DNA of 64,000 bases, from NCBI GenBank assembly GCA_016192905.1, contig JACPTG010000001.1, positions 101,005 to 165,004 of the forward strand. The letters are read 5' to 3'. Positions 28,497 to 37,788 of the stretch are shown in pieces. This DNA comes from Candidatus Woesearchaeota archaeon. Lineage in GTDB: Archaea > Nanobdellota > Nanobdellia > Woesearchaeales > UBA10216. Each line of letters begins with the position of its first letter. Within the stretch, counting starts at the first letter, position 1. A program made the position numbers and the translations under genes. The notes under the pieces are model-generated. The model was not told the origin of the DNA, did no database searches, and saw only the letters and a list, made by a program, of their open reading frames with translations.

Positions 28497-29922
28497 ACTG
28501 CCTGTAAAACAATCCGTAAAATTCGCAAACCCTGAAAGCAACCTTGCAGTCTGCACTTTATGGACTCCGCTTGAGATAGTTGAAAGGCACTTAAGCGAAG
28601 ATGACTATGCAATAATAGGCCAGCTTTACTCAAAAGATGCCGGGCTCAACACAGTGCTGAGGTATTGCCTGAGCAACAAGAGGATAAGATATATTGTTGT
28701 CTGCGGGCAGGACAGGACAGGAAGCGGGCAGGCGCTGATAAATTTGAAGGAAAAAGGGATTGATGCTGAAAGCAGGGTTATTGGAGTTCCGGGAGCTGCT
28801 GTTGACAAGGAGATTCCAAAAGACGCTGTGGAACGCTTCAGGAAGAATGTTGAGATTCTGGATTTTAGGAACGAGACTCATTACAGCAGGCTGAAGGATG
28901 AGATTAAAAGGTTGCCAAAACTGGAAAGCTATGGAACGCCTGAAGAGTTTCCGGAAGCGAAGGTTGAGCTGCCAGAGAGCTTTCCAACAGACCCGCTGTT
29001 CAAGATACGGGCGAAGACAGTGGGCGAAGCATGGCTGCAAGCACTTAGCGCAGTCATGACTTATGGAAGCGTCAAGCAGTCGCAGCATGATGAAAGGCAA
29101 AAGGAAGTGATATGCCTGTCAGCAACCATCACTGACGAAAATACAGCCAAACCTGAGTGGAAGAATTACTATCCATTTCAGATTGAAGAGCTTGAAGACT
29201 ATTATCCGCAAGTGCTGAGTGACCAGAAAATTCCTGAACTGACCTACACTTACGGGCAGAGGCTTAGGGACCATAAAGGTGTGGACCAAATAATGGAGAT
29301 GGTCAGGAAGCTGAAGGAAACGCCGTACACAAGGCGGGCTGTGGCAGCAACATGGAATGTTGAAAGAGATACCAACAATAAAAATCCTCCGTGCCTTTGC
29401 TTCATAGAGGCACTGGTGACTGAAGGAAAACTTTACCTGATTGCGTTTGTCCGCAGCCTTGATGTGTATGGCGCTTTTGTAAAGAATGCCTATGCCCTAA
29501 GGAGGCTGCAGGAAACCATAGCAGGGGAAACCGGGAACAAAGTCGGCGATTTAACCCTGATTTACGGCAGCGGCCATATCTACGAAAGGCATTTCAGGAT
29601 AGTAAATGAGCTGCTTAAGGATTGCCCGCTGAAGGAGAACATAAAATTCGACCTGCCAAGGAGCACAGGAAACCTGGACCCAAGGGGAAACATACACATA
29701 GAAATCTCAAAGGGCAGGCTGAAGCTCACTCACCTCGCTCCTGACGGCACAAGGCTTGAGGAATTCACGGCAGCCACAGCGGCAGAGGCTGTCCAGTGGC
29801 TTGTTCTCGGGCAAAAGATTGGGGACATAAGCCACGCCATATATGTTGGACAGGAGCTTGCCAAGGCTGAGCTTGCCATGAGGAAGGGGCTGAAGTACCA
29901 GCAGGACATGCCGTTGGGTTAG
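28489..29922 (+). CDS. thymidylate synthase (ThyA) / dCMP hydroxymethylase-superfamily enzyme with an N-terminal MtrA-like domain
   Basis: C-terminal RRAVAATWNVERD...NPPCLCFIEALVTEGKLYLIAFVRSLDVYGAFVKNAYAL aligns to ThyA RRIIVSAWNV...[39 protein letters not shown]; N-terminal LAVCTLWT...NKRIRYIVVCGQDRTGSGQALINLKEKGI resembles the MtrA N-terminal motifs VAVITCGS...NIRYLLVTGSEVKGHITG..MLHKNGV. Confidence 0.6.
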   Translation: MPKLPVKQSVKFANPESNLAVCTLWTPLEIVERHLSEDDYAIIGQLYSKDAGLNTVLRYCLSNKRIRYIVVCGQDRTGSGQALINLKEKGIDAESRVIGVPGAAVDKEIPKDAVERFRKNVEILDFRNETHYSRLKDEIKRLPKLESYGTPEEFPEAKVELPESFPTDPLFKIRAKTVGEAWLQALSAVMTYGSVKQSQHDERQKEVICLSATITDENTAKPEWKNYYPFQIEELEDYYPQVLSDQKIPELTYTYGQRLRDHKGVDQIMEMVRKLKETPYTRRAVAATWNVERDTNNKNPPCLCFIEALVTEGKLYLIAFVRSLDVYGAFVKNAYALRRLQETIAGETGNKVGDLTLIYGSGHIYERHFRIVNELLKDCPLKENIKFDLPRSTGNLDPRGNIHIEISKGRLKLTHLAPDGTRLEEFTAATAAEAVQWLVLGQKIGDISHAIYVGQELAKAELAMRKGLKYQQDMPLG

Positions 29923-29932
29923 CCATTACGCC

Positions 29933-30694
29933 TCATGGCAGCTCCACGGCAAAGTGATACCTTAAAGTGGGCCAGCCGCTGTAGTCATAGACAAGGGCAT
30001 ACTGGCTCCTTGCGATAACCACTTTGATATCATTATCAGAGTTGCAGCTTGCGACCGCATACTCCTTTGAACCGCCTGCGGCAAGCGAGTTTACAACGCA
30101 CTGGCCAATCTGGTGGACTTTGGACACCCTCGCAGGCAGCTCTGCTGAGAAATCTGAAAGCGTCACCTTAGAATCCCCACCCTCAACTGAAAGCTCTACC
30201 GGGAATTTCAGTGAAAGCCCTGTGCCCTGCTCATTGAAGGTCACGCTGACAGCCCTCGCTCCTGCGTCAACTTCATAGCCCAAAACCTCAAACTCAGAAA
30301 AGTCAAGGCAGCTGTCAAGCTTTTCATTAATCAGCTTCTCTGACTCCTGCCTCACCAGTTCGAGGGAGGGGGCAACCGATGAGCCACCGAGCAGATGATA
30401 GGCGATTGGGTAGCCGCGGGGCGATTCAGTCCCGGCGGCCTGGGCGTATCCGGGTTTCCCTTCAGGATACGCGTAGCCTCCGCGAAGGGCGATTTGACCG
30501 TAAATGGCATCCTCCCCTGACTGCTCAAGGCACGCCTCCACAAACCTCCTCAGCGAGGATGCGTCAGGTGAACTGGGCGTGGTTGCCGGCTCCCTGGCAA
30601 ACAGAAGCACAATTCCGACAGCAAGGACAAGCAGCATTCCAACTATGAGAAACAGGGCGACCTGGCCTCTTTTCATAAGCTTCCCCCCGGGCAA
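29933..30694 (-). CDS. membrane-anchored extracellular protein
   Basis: N-terminal TM/signal anchor VALFLIVGMLLVLAVGIVLLF; 253 aa. Confidence 0.4.
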   Translation of the reverse strand: MPGGKLMKRGQVALFLIVGMLLVLAVGIVLLFAREPATTPSSPDASSLRRFVEACLEQSGEDAIYGQIALRGGYAYPEGKPGYAQAAGTESPRGYPIAYHLLGGSSVAPSLELVRQESEKLINEKLDSCLDFSEFEVLGYEVDAGARAVSVTFNEQGTGLSLKFPVELSVEGGDSKVTLSDFSAELPARVSKVHQIGQCVVNSLAAGGSKEYAVASCNSDNDIKVVIARSQYALVYDYSGWPTLRYHFAVELP

Positions 30695-30798
30695 ACACGT
30701 ATATAAGTCTTATGCCCCAAAACTACATCAATTCCGCTTACTGAAGAAAAAGCCTTACCTGCACAACCTTTTTAACCCTCACCCGGGCACCTAAAGGC

Positions 30799-31623
30799 AT
30801 GCACAGGAAAGGCATTTCAAGAAGGCTTTTGCTAGGCACCCTAGTTTCTTGGGCATCAATGGCCATTTATTGCGGGTCGCCAAGGAACGTTCAACTGGCG
30901 CCTGAAATATCCAGCGGCCAGCCGACTTTTGAAAAAGTTGCAGCAGGAGAATCATCAGCCCTTCACTACAGGGACAGTGTCCTGAACGGCAGGCCAAAAA
31001 TAGTTCAGGCAAGGAGTTCTGGGGAGCTGAGCGGCATCCTGATGCTTCCCTATGAGAGGGAACTGGCTCTAAGCGCCCTTGAGGCGACAGCTGAAGAAGA
31101 TGGAAGCGTGGAAAGGATGCGCGCCCTGGAATACTGGGGCAGGACCTTTAAACAGAACGGAACAGCCTACATGGCTATCCCATTGATTCCAGGCTACCTG
31201 AGAAATGGTAAAATGCTGTCAACATTTGGAGAGGGGAGACCTGCAGCCATAGCAGTATTCCCAAGGGCTTTTGGAAAGGCAAGCATTGCCACAGAAAATG
31301 ATTTCTTCCTCGCCCTTGAAGAGCACGAATTGAGGCATGCCCAAGACTATAAGAATGGAATACCCTACGGGGAAGGCGTGTTTACAGGAAAAGACCTGAA
31401 AAACGTGGCTGACATGTACATGCTTCTTGAAATTACTGAGGCCCGCGCATACCAGCAGCTGATAAAGGCAATGCGTGAAGGGAACGCCACAGACTTGATG
31501 ATGGAATATGTCCTGCGGCAATACGCTGGCAAGCAAAACCTGCTAAAGAAACTCGGAGAATCGCAGGCAAATCTGGGCGAGCCCATGAAAAGGCTTGCAA
31601 AAAGCCAGCTTGAAGCGCTGTAA
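30799..31623 (+). CDS. putative secreted or lipid-anchored protein with an HExxH motif
   Basis: Signal-like N-terminus ending ...AIYCGSP; EEHELRHAQDY (HExxH). Confidence 0.35.
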   Translation: MHRKGISRRLLLGTLVSWASMAIYCGSPRNVQLAPEISSGQPTFEKVAAGESSALHYRDSVLNGRPKIVQARSSGELSGILMLPYERELALSALEATAEEDGSVERMRALEYWGRTFKQNGTAYMAIPLIPGYLRNGKMLSTFGEGRPAAIAVFPRAFGKASIATENDFFLALEEHELRHAQDYKNGIPYGEGVFTGKDLKNVADMYMLLEITEARAYQQLIKAMREGNATDLMMEYVLRQYAGKQNLLKKLGESQANLGEPMKRLAKSQLEAL

Positions 31624-31688
31624 GCCGAACAAGGAAAATCCAGTATGCAAATAAATGAGTGCGCTTACAAATGACACAATCTTTATAA

Positions 31689-32288
31689 TTGGTCTTCAAC
31701 CTTCAGATCCATATGCACAAGCTAATAGCCATAGTTGGAATGGCTGGCGCGGGAAAGAGCACTACAGCAGCCCACTTCCAGAAGGCAGGCTATGCGAAGG
31801 TAAGGTTCGGCGACGCGACTATGGAAGAGCTCCAGAGGAGGGAGATGGAGGTAAATGAGGAAAACGAGTCCCTGATACGCGAAACCCTCAGGCTTGAGCT
31901 TGGGATGGACGCGTATGCAAAGCTTAACGAGCCGAAGCTGAAGGAAGCATTGAGGTACAGCGACGTGGTCATTGACGGCCTGTACAGCTGGCAGGAATAC
32001 ACTTACATTAAGCCGAAGTTCCCGCAGCTAAGGCTGCTCGCGGTGTACGCCTCACCCAAAACAAGGTATGGAAGGCTGGCGTCCAGGCCAGAGCGCCCGT
32101 TAAGCAATGAAGAGGCGGCGGGCAGGGACTATGCAGAGATAGAGAACCTCAACAAGGCAGACCCGATAGCGATGGCGGATTATGCGATAATGAATGAGGG
32201 CTCGCTTGAGGAGCTGAAGCTTGGCACTGAAAGGATGATAAGGCTGATTGCGCATGAAAAACCTGACATGGGAAGAATACTTCATTGA
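31689..32288 (+). CDS. UPF0200-family P-loop kinase (archaeal dNMP / dephospho-CoA kinase-like)
   Basis: IAIVGMAGAGKST Walker A; VIDGLYSWQEYTYIK; LAVYASPKTRYGRLASRPERP...RDYAEIENLNKADPIAMADYAIMNEGSLEEL. Confidence 0.5.
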   Translation: MVFNLQIHMHKLIAIVGMAGAGKSTTAAHFQKAGYAKVRFGDATMEELQRREMEVNEENESLIRETLRLELGMDAYAKLNEPKLKEALRYSDVVIDGLYSWQEYTYIKPKFPQLRLLAVYASPKTRYGRLASRPERPLSNEEAAGRDYAEIENLNKADPIAMADYAIMNEGSLEELKLGTERMIRLIAHEKPDMGRILH

Positions 32289-32700
32289 AGTGGCGAAGCT
32301 CATTGCAAAGAAAAGCTCCTGCGCCAAAAGGCAGATTGGGGCTGTGATAGTCAAGGATGGAATGATTGTAAGCACAGGCTACAATGGTACGCCGCGGGGG
32401 GTCAAAAACTGCAACCAGGGAGGCTGCGAAAGGTGCAGCAGCGATGTGCAGTCAGGCCAGAACCTCCATGAATGCCTGTGCGTCCATGCAGAGGAAAACG
32501 CGATTGTGCAGGCAGCCTATCAGGGAATATCAACAAAAGGCTCTACGTTGTACACGAGCCTCTGCCCCTGCCTTTACTGCGCCAAGACCATTGTAAACGC
32601 GGGGATAAGGAAGGTGTTCTACAACCAGGGCTATGCGATGGACACTCAGACAATCAGGCTGCTTACGGAAGCAAAGGTGGATATAGAGAAATACAGCTAA
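32248..32700 (+). CDS. dCMP deaminase (CMP/dCMP deaminase zinc-binding family)
   Basis: HAEENAI and CPCLYCAKTIVNAGI zinc-binding motifs; 150 aa; overlaps the upstream kinase gene. Confidence 0.8.
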   Translation: MRMKNLTWEEYFIEVAKLIAKKSSCAKRQIGAVIVKDGMIVSTGYNGTPRGVKNCNQGGCERCSSDVQSGQNLHECLCVHAEENAIVQAAYQGISTKGSTLYTSLCPCLYCAKTIVNAGIRKVFYNQGYAMDTQTIRLLTEAKVDIEKYS

Positions 32701-32701
32701 T

Positions 32702-34006
32702 ATGACGCTGGATCAAAGGCTTTCATTGTATCCGGAATTTGCCGCTGCAAACAGCCCCGGGGGAAGCTACCTGCCTGGACTGGCAGCTGCCTCGCTAGTG
32801 TCACTTATTGCACCTGAAGGAAAAGGCATTACAGTGGCGGCCATGACCCCTGGAGAATCATACAATGAGAGAGGCCTCTATCACAGGGTGGGGGAATACT
32901 GTAGGGAAATAGGCGAATTCCTTCCTATTTCATCCAGATGCGTCTGGAACTACGTTGAAATCATACGCACCGGGCAAAGGGTTCCGGGACTTCTGACAAG
33001 AGGAGGCATAACAGTTAAAACAAATCAAGGATATAAGGTCACAGATGCCAGAGAACTGGTGTTACCGATAATGCACGGCGCCGCCAGGTTTGTATCTGCT
33101 GCCAGGGGAAAGGCTGACTACGTTTCTGCAGGTTCAATTTTCGGGAAAAACTCAGGCCATGCGCTTCATTCAAACATATCAATAGTGCTTGGACTGATAA
33201 AATATTTGGCTTCAGAACCAGGAAAACACGGCATCTCTGAAATCCTAGATAAAACGGGGATTGACCCATCATCCGCAAACCTTTCACTCACCCTGCAAAA
33301 TCTTGGAAAAGCCAAAGTAATAGCGTATGACTCCAGAGCCCTTGAGATTGACGGAGAAAGACCAAGAGACTGGGCAGAATACAGGCCGGCGGACTTTCCA
33401 GACAGGGCAGAGGCAAGAGAAATGGTTTACAAGGCAAAGCCAACATTCAACGAATGGAGCCTATTGTTCAAGGTGCTTGACTATGCTGCAGAGCATCCAC
33501 ACGCAGTTGTTACATCGCATTTCCTTGAGAGAAGAATCGGGGGCAGCTACAAAAATATCTCGAAAGTTTTGGCTGCGTTGTGGTCAGCCGAAATCTTTGA
33601 CAAGGAGTATGGGCCGCCAGAATCAGCAGACAGCAGTGCTGCTGAAGCCAATCCAGTTACTCACATGCTTTATGAAAATGTTGTAGGGCCTGCATTAAAC
33701 ACTGCAATGACACTAAAGCCTGCGGGCATACGTGCAGGAAGCCGTGAATTGCGCGAATACATAAGGAACTATAGTGAAGAATCAACAACCGCAAGGGACA
33801 GGCCGGACACAAAAAAAGCTGTTCTTAGAATCCTGGAAGAAAGCGGCAGGATCAAGCTAAGCGCTGCATCAGAACTCCTGAAAAAGGCAACAGGCCGCAA
33901 TTACCGAAGCGATACATGCCAAAAAGCACTCCGAAGGCTTATCGGGGAAGGAAAAGCAAGAAGCCTGGGAAACGGCTGGTATGCATCTACTTCTTCTGCC
34001 AGTTGA
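32702..34006 (+). CDS. hypothetical protein, 434 aa, possibly with a winged-helix C-terminus
   Basis: Start lies 2 nt after the dCMP deaminase stop; no catalytic motif recognised. Confidence 0.4.
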   Translation: MTLDQRLSLYPEFAAANSPGGSYLPGLAAASLVSLIAPEGKGITVAAMTPGESYNERGLYHRVGEYCREIGEFLPISSRCVWNYVEIIRTGQRVPGLLTRGGITVKTNQGYKVTDARELVLPIMHGAARFVSAARGKADYVSAGSIFGKNSGHALHSNISIVLGLIKYLASEPGKHGISEILDKTGIDPSSANLSLTLQNLGKAKVIAYDSRALEIDGERPRDWAEYRPADFPDRAEAREMVYKAKPTFNEWSLLFKVLDYAAEHPHAVVTSHFLERRIGGSYKNISKVLAALWSAEIFDKEYGPPESADSSAAEANPVTHMLYENVVGPALNTAMTLKPAGIRAGSRELREYIRNYSEESTTARDRPDTKKAVLRILEESGRIKLSAASELLKKATGRNYRSDTCQKALRRLIGEGKARSLGNGWYASTSSAS

Positions 34007-34151
34007 AGCCGCGCAGCCTGGCTGACTTGCCGTAGCCGCAACTGCTGCACCTCTTCTTGCTGAGGTGATATGAGCGCTTGCTGCATCTCCGGCAGAGAAT
34101 CATGTTCTTCTTGCCGGACTTCTTGCCCATTGAAGGGGTGCCCTTAGACAT
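33987..34151 (-). CDS. rpl37e: ribosomal protein L37e (eL37)
   Basis: Manual translation gives MSKGTPSMGKKSGKKNMILCRRCSKRSYHLSKKRCSSCGYGKSARLRGFNWQKK (54 aa); absent from the ORF track because it is under 60 aa; downstream of the Sm gene as in the conserved archaeal operon. Confidence 0.8.
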   Translation of the reverse strand: MSKGTPSMGKKSGKKNMILCRRCSKRSYHLSKKRCSSCGYGKSARLRGFNWQKK

Positions 34152-34156
34152 AATGC

Positions 34157-34423
34157 TCACTCAGGAGAAATGATTATTATGGTGTCTCCGCGGATGAAGA
34201 CCATTCCGAGCTTCCTCTTGGTCTCGCCATCTGCGCGTTCCTCAGCATCCTCAAGGACAACGTTAACGTGAATGTCAAAAGCCCTGAGCTTCCCGACATA
34301 TTGCTTGCCGCCCTTAAGCTCAACAAGAACCCTCTTGTTCCTCGCCTGGTTCAGGGCATCCAAAGGCCTGTCTTCAATTGTCACGACAAGGCGGGAATCC
34401 GGGCAGTATATAAAGTTTGCCAT
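34157..34423 (-). CDS. Sm-like archaeal protein (SmAP/LSm); the ORF extends to 34462
   Basis: RPLDALNQARNKRVLVELKGGKQYVGKLRAFDIHVNVVLEDAEE...RKLGMVFIRGDTIIIISP, Sm1/Sm2 motifs. Confidence 0.8.
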   Translation of the reverse strand: MANFIYCPDSRLVVTIEDRPLDALNQARNKRVLVELKGGKQYVGKLRAFDIHVNVVLEDAEERADGETKRKLGMVFIRGDTIIIISPE

Positions 34424-34731
34424 GGCAAAATAGTTAAGTACGGGTCTTGAGATGATAACCAAATACGTGTTTTACTGCAAGAACTGCCAGAAAAGGATAA
34501 CCCTTGTCCTTGAGCCGCTAGTCTAAATCCACATGCATGCCTTTTGTAAGCTCCTTCCATTCCTTTTCTGTAACCTTTCTTGTAGGCATTTTTGGGGGAA
34601 TCAGCTCGTCAAGCAGGTCAAAAGGGTCCTTTGATGTCAATTTCCCTTTCATGGCATGTATTTGGCCAGTCCATGTTAATAAACCTCGGTATTCGCAAGC
34701 ATTATAAACCCTCTGGGTTACCCGGCCTTCA

Positions 34732-35109
34732 ATGTTGACACAGCACAGGTCAAGGAGAAGCCCAAGCGGCTCAAGGTATAAGAAGGCCAGGGGCAAGAGG
34801 CTGCACGAGACAGGCAGCGAGCCGACATTCACAAGGGTCGGCGAAAGGTTCCTGAAGGCAGTGCGGCTGAAAGGCGGAGCCCTGAAGGCAAAGCTGCTGA
34901 GGGCAGACACGGTAAACCTGCTTGACCCAAAGACAAAAACCTACAAGGCAGTCAAAATCAGGACAGTTGCGGACAATCCTGCAAGCAAGCACTTCATAAG
35001 GCGGAATATAATAACAAAAGGGACAGTTCTGGATACTGAGGCAGGAAAGGCCCGCGTTACCAACCGGCCAGGCCAGGAAGGCGCTGTGAACGCAGTGCTA
35101 ATCCAGTAG
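34732..35109 (+). CDS. rps8e: ribosomal protein S8e
   Basis: GKRLHETGSEPT...VNLLDPKT...NPASKHFIRRNIITKGTVLDTEAGKARVTNRPGQEGAVNAVL. Confidence 0.8.
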   Translation: MLTQHRSRRSPSGSRYKKARGKRLHETGSEPTFTRVGERFLKAVRLKGGALKAKLLRADTVNLLDPKTKTYKAVKIRTVADNPASKHFIRRNIITKGTVLDTEAGKARVTNRPGQEGAVNAVLIQ

Positions 35110-35145
35110 GCTGTTATCACGATGAAAGGCGGCAATCAGAGATGA

Positions 35146-35862
35146 ATGAAAACCTATTTTATCCCGGCAAAGTCAAACCTTGAAATACTGCTTCCTGAAG
35201 AGAACATAAGGCAGCTCCCCCCCAATGTTGGGCTTATTACCAATATCCAGCACCTGCACAGGCTGGAAGGCGTTAGGCAGCAGCTCCAGAAATCAGGAAG
35301 GAAGGTCACTGTTCTGAAAGGCCACCATTCAAAATACCAGGGCCAGATGTACGGCTGCGATTTCCCGGCTGATGCAGGCAATGAAGCTGTGCTCTTTATC
35401 GGCACAGGAAGATTCCATCCAAGGGGCATATTCCAGCTGGGGAAAGACATCTTCATCTATGACCCGCTAAACAGACACTTCCAGAAGATGGACATGGGCG
35501 ACGCGGAAAGGTTTGAAAAAAGGAGGAAGGCTGCCCTGATGAAGTTCCTCCACTCAACAAAGATAGGCGTCCTTGTTTCAACCAAGCCAGGGCAGATGCA
35601 CAACAGGGTTGTGGAGGCGCTGAAGAGGATATACCCTGATAAGCAGTACTACCTGCTTGTATCCGACACAGTGGACTTTTCAGAGCTGGCGAATTTCACC
35701 TTTGTAGAATGCTATGTGAACACTGCCTGCCCAAGGCTGATGGAAGACTGGGAAAAGTTTGACAAGCCTGTTGTGAATATTGAGGAAGTGATGGCAGGCC
35801 TTACCCCTGAACAGAAGGCTGCGAAGAAATATCCATACCCGCTGTATACCCGGACTGCCTAG
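35146..35862 (+). CDS. dph2: Dph2-like diphthamide synthesis protein (short, 2-domain)
   Basis: GQMYGCDF and ECYVNTACPRL Cys motifs resemble the Dph2 radical-SAM-like family; only 238 aa. Confidence 0.4.
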   Translation: MKTYFIPAKSNLEILLPEENIRQLPPNVGLITNIQHLHRLEGVRQQLQKSGRKVTVLKGHHSKYQGQMYGCDFPADAGNEAVLFIGTGRFHPRGIFQLGKDIFIYDPLNRHFQKMDMGDAERFEKRRKAALMKFLHSTKIGVLVSTKPGQMHNRVVEALKRIYPDKQYYLLVSDTVDFSELANFTFVECYVNTACPRLMEDWEKFDKPVVNIEEVMAGLTPEQKAAKKYPYPLYTRTA

Positions 35863-35906
35863 GCAATAATGATTCATAGATTAAGTTAGATAGATTTTAA
35901 TATAGC

Positions 35907-36464
35907 GTGGCAGAACGTATTCAGATGCCCCTGGCTGCAGCACACGTGCTTATTCCCCTGTTCCTCGCCAGTGTCCTGAGGGATTACACAAGATGGGGCA
36001 GGAAGCACATCAGCAAGGGCGTGGTTCTTTTCATAGGCATAAGCGGCCTGCTTCCTGACCTTGACGTGCCTGTATTCCTGCTGCTCTCCCAGTTTAGCCA
36101 GGTAAGCATGGAGAACATTCACCGGACAGTCACGCACTCGCTGATTGTTCCCCTGGCGGCCTTGGCCGCATTCTTCCTGCTAAGGGCAATCAGGCCAGGG
36201 AACAACGCTTATCTGCTTGGCTTCGCTGCAGGCAGCCTGAGCCATATAATCCTGGACGGGCTGATGAAGGGCGGTGTTCCGCTGTTCTTCCCGCTGAGCA
36301 GCCAGAGTTACGGCCTTAACCTGATAAGCCTCCTTGTGCCCGGGACAGGTTCCTCTGCCATGTACGAATTCACGCTCCTCGCAGGATTTGATGCAGCGCT
36401 GCTGACAGGATGGCTGGTCTATGAATTTCACAAAAAGAGAATCAAAAAGCTCCTCACTTCTTGA
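35907..36464 (+). CDS. membrane-bound metal-dependent hydrolase-like protein (DUF457/YdjM family)
   Basis: HRTVTHSLIVP and SHIILDGLMKGGVPLFFP motifs; multi-TM. Confidence 0.5.
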   Translation: MAERIQMPLAAAHVLIPLFLASVLRDYTRWGRKHISKGVVLFIGISGLLPDLDVPVFLLLSQFSQVSMENIHRTVTHSLIVPLAALAAFFLLRAIRPGNNAYLLGFAAGSLSHIILDGLMKGGVPLFFPLSSQSYGLNLISLLVPGTGSSAMYEFTLLAGFDAALLTGWLVYEFHKKRIKKLLTS

Positions 36465-36783
36465 AAACCTTCCTTAGGAGCCTGATTTCATCAAGAAGCT
36501 CATGGGTAATCTCCTTCAGGAGCCTGGTCTCATTCGCGCTCTCCCTAATCACATCGGACAGCTCCTCCTTGACATCGGCGTTAAGGCTGGAGATAATTAT
36601 AAGGATCAGAAGGGAAAGCCAGCTGAAAATTGCGATGAGCATAAGCCAGCTCAGCTTCTGGTCAATCCTGAAAACCTGCTGGATCAGGTAAAAGCCTACG
36701 GCAATTGTGGCAAGGCCTATTACCAGTACAGCCTTCTCAAAGAACGTCACCTTCCTGAAACCCTCTGAAAGCTGGCCCAGCAT
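36454..36783 (-). CDS. small membrane protein
   Basis: 109 aa with two predicted TM helices. Confidence 0.3.
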   Translation of the reverse strand: MLGQLSEGFRKVTFFEKAVLVIGLATIAVGFYLIQQVFRIDQKLSWLMLIAIFSWLSLLILIIISSLNADVKEELSDVIRESANETRLLKEITHELLDEIRLLRKVFKK

Positions 36784-36833
36784 AAAACCTCTTTTGAGGC
36801 AAAATTCGGATTAGGGCTATATAAACATTTCTC

Positions 36834-37784
36834 CTAAACCCTGAACTCCTCATCTCCGCCGTACACGCGCAATGCCCTGGCGACATCATAGTCGCCAAAA
36901 GTCAATGAGGAAATCGCGTTGCACATCCGGACAGCCTCCTTCAATGGCTTCTGGTGAATGTTCCTTCCTGTCGCGTTCCCGCTTACACCGCCGACATGGA
37001 GCTGCCTGTGCAGGCCCTCAAGGAATTTTTTCGTGTCCACGCTGCTTCCCCCTGCGCAAATTACCTTTGTGCGGCCAGCAGCCATTATCGCCTCCTTCAG
37101 CAATTCTGCCGAGTCATGACCTTCCTTCTTCGGAGGGTTTACCTTTGTGAAGTCTGTACCCAGGCACGCCGCTGTTCCAGCTGCTCCTGCAATCAGGTGA
37201 GGGTCCTTTTCATCCTTCACAGCCTTTCCGCGGGGATACATCCATATGACTGAAATCATTCCGTGCTGGTGCGCCCTGTGTATTGCCTGCGCCGCCTCTG
37301 CCAGCATCTCGCCCTCAAATTCGCTGCCGAGATACACTGTATAGCCTATTCCCGCTATTTTTAGGCCTGAGCTTTTCTGGAACTCAGCCACCTGGTCTGC
37401 AGTCCACATTGCCTTGCTGTTTGGGTCTTTCTGCTCTGTCTTTACAAGGTGAGACTTGCTGTTGAGCTTTACAAGGTAAGGGATTGAATCATAGCTTGGC
37501 CCGAACCTTGAAATCAGGCCGAGCTGCGCTGCGAACACGCCGATTGTTCCCTGGGAGGCTATCCTGAAGAGATGCTCAGGCTCTGCATCGTCAACCGGTA
37601 TCTGGCCTGTGTCCGCGGTCCCGTAAAAGTCGTCGTTCAGGTGCTCTATCTTCTGGTCGCCTGCGAACAACATGAGCCTGCCTGTGCCATGCGTAGCAAG
37701 ATGATAGTTGCTCCTGTAAGCAGCCCTTGACGCTGCCGGAACATCTGCCGGGACTGCCATGTCTTCCTTTTCCATCTTTTTCAT
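36834..37784 (-). CDS. fba: class I fructose-bisphosphate aldolase (DhnA/FbaB family; ADH synthase is the alternative)
   Basis: DhnA-family length and composition; adjacent to the GlpX FBPase. Confidence 0.6.
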   Translation of the reverse strand: MKKMEKEDMAVPADVPAASRAAYRSNYHLATHGTGRLMLFAGDQKIEHLNDDFYGTADTGQIPVDDAEPEHLFRIASQGTIGVFAAQLGLISRFGPSYDSIPYLVKLNSKSHLVKTEQKDPNSKAMWTADQVAEFQKSSGLKIAGIGYTVYLGSEFEGEMLAEAAQAIHRAHQHGMISVIWMYPRGKAVKDEKDPHLIAGAAGTAACLGTDFTKVNPPKKEGHDSAELLKEAIMAAGRTKVICAGGSSVDTKKFLEGLHRQLHVGGVSGNATGRNIHQKPLKEAVRMCNAISSLTFGDYDVARALRVYGGDEEFRV

Positions 37785-37788
37785 AGTA

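Noticed and set aside
34518-34910. 130-aa minus-strand ORF
   Set aside because: It overlaps the S8e gene, whose translation matches the ribosomal protein family; the 34518..34731 part has no support
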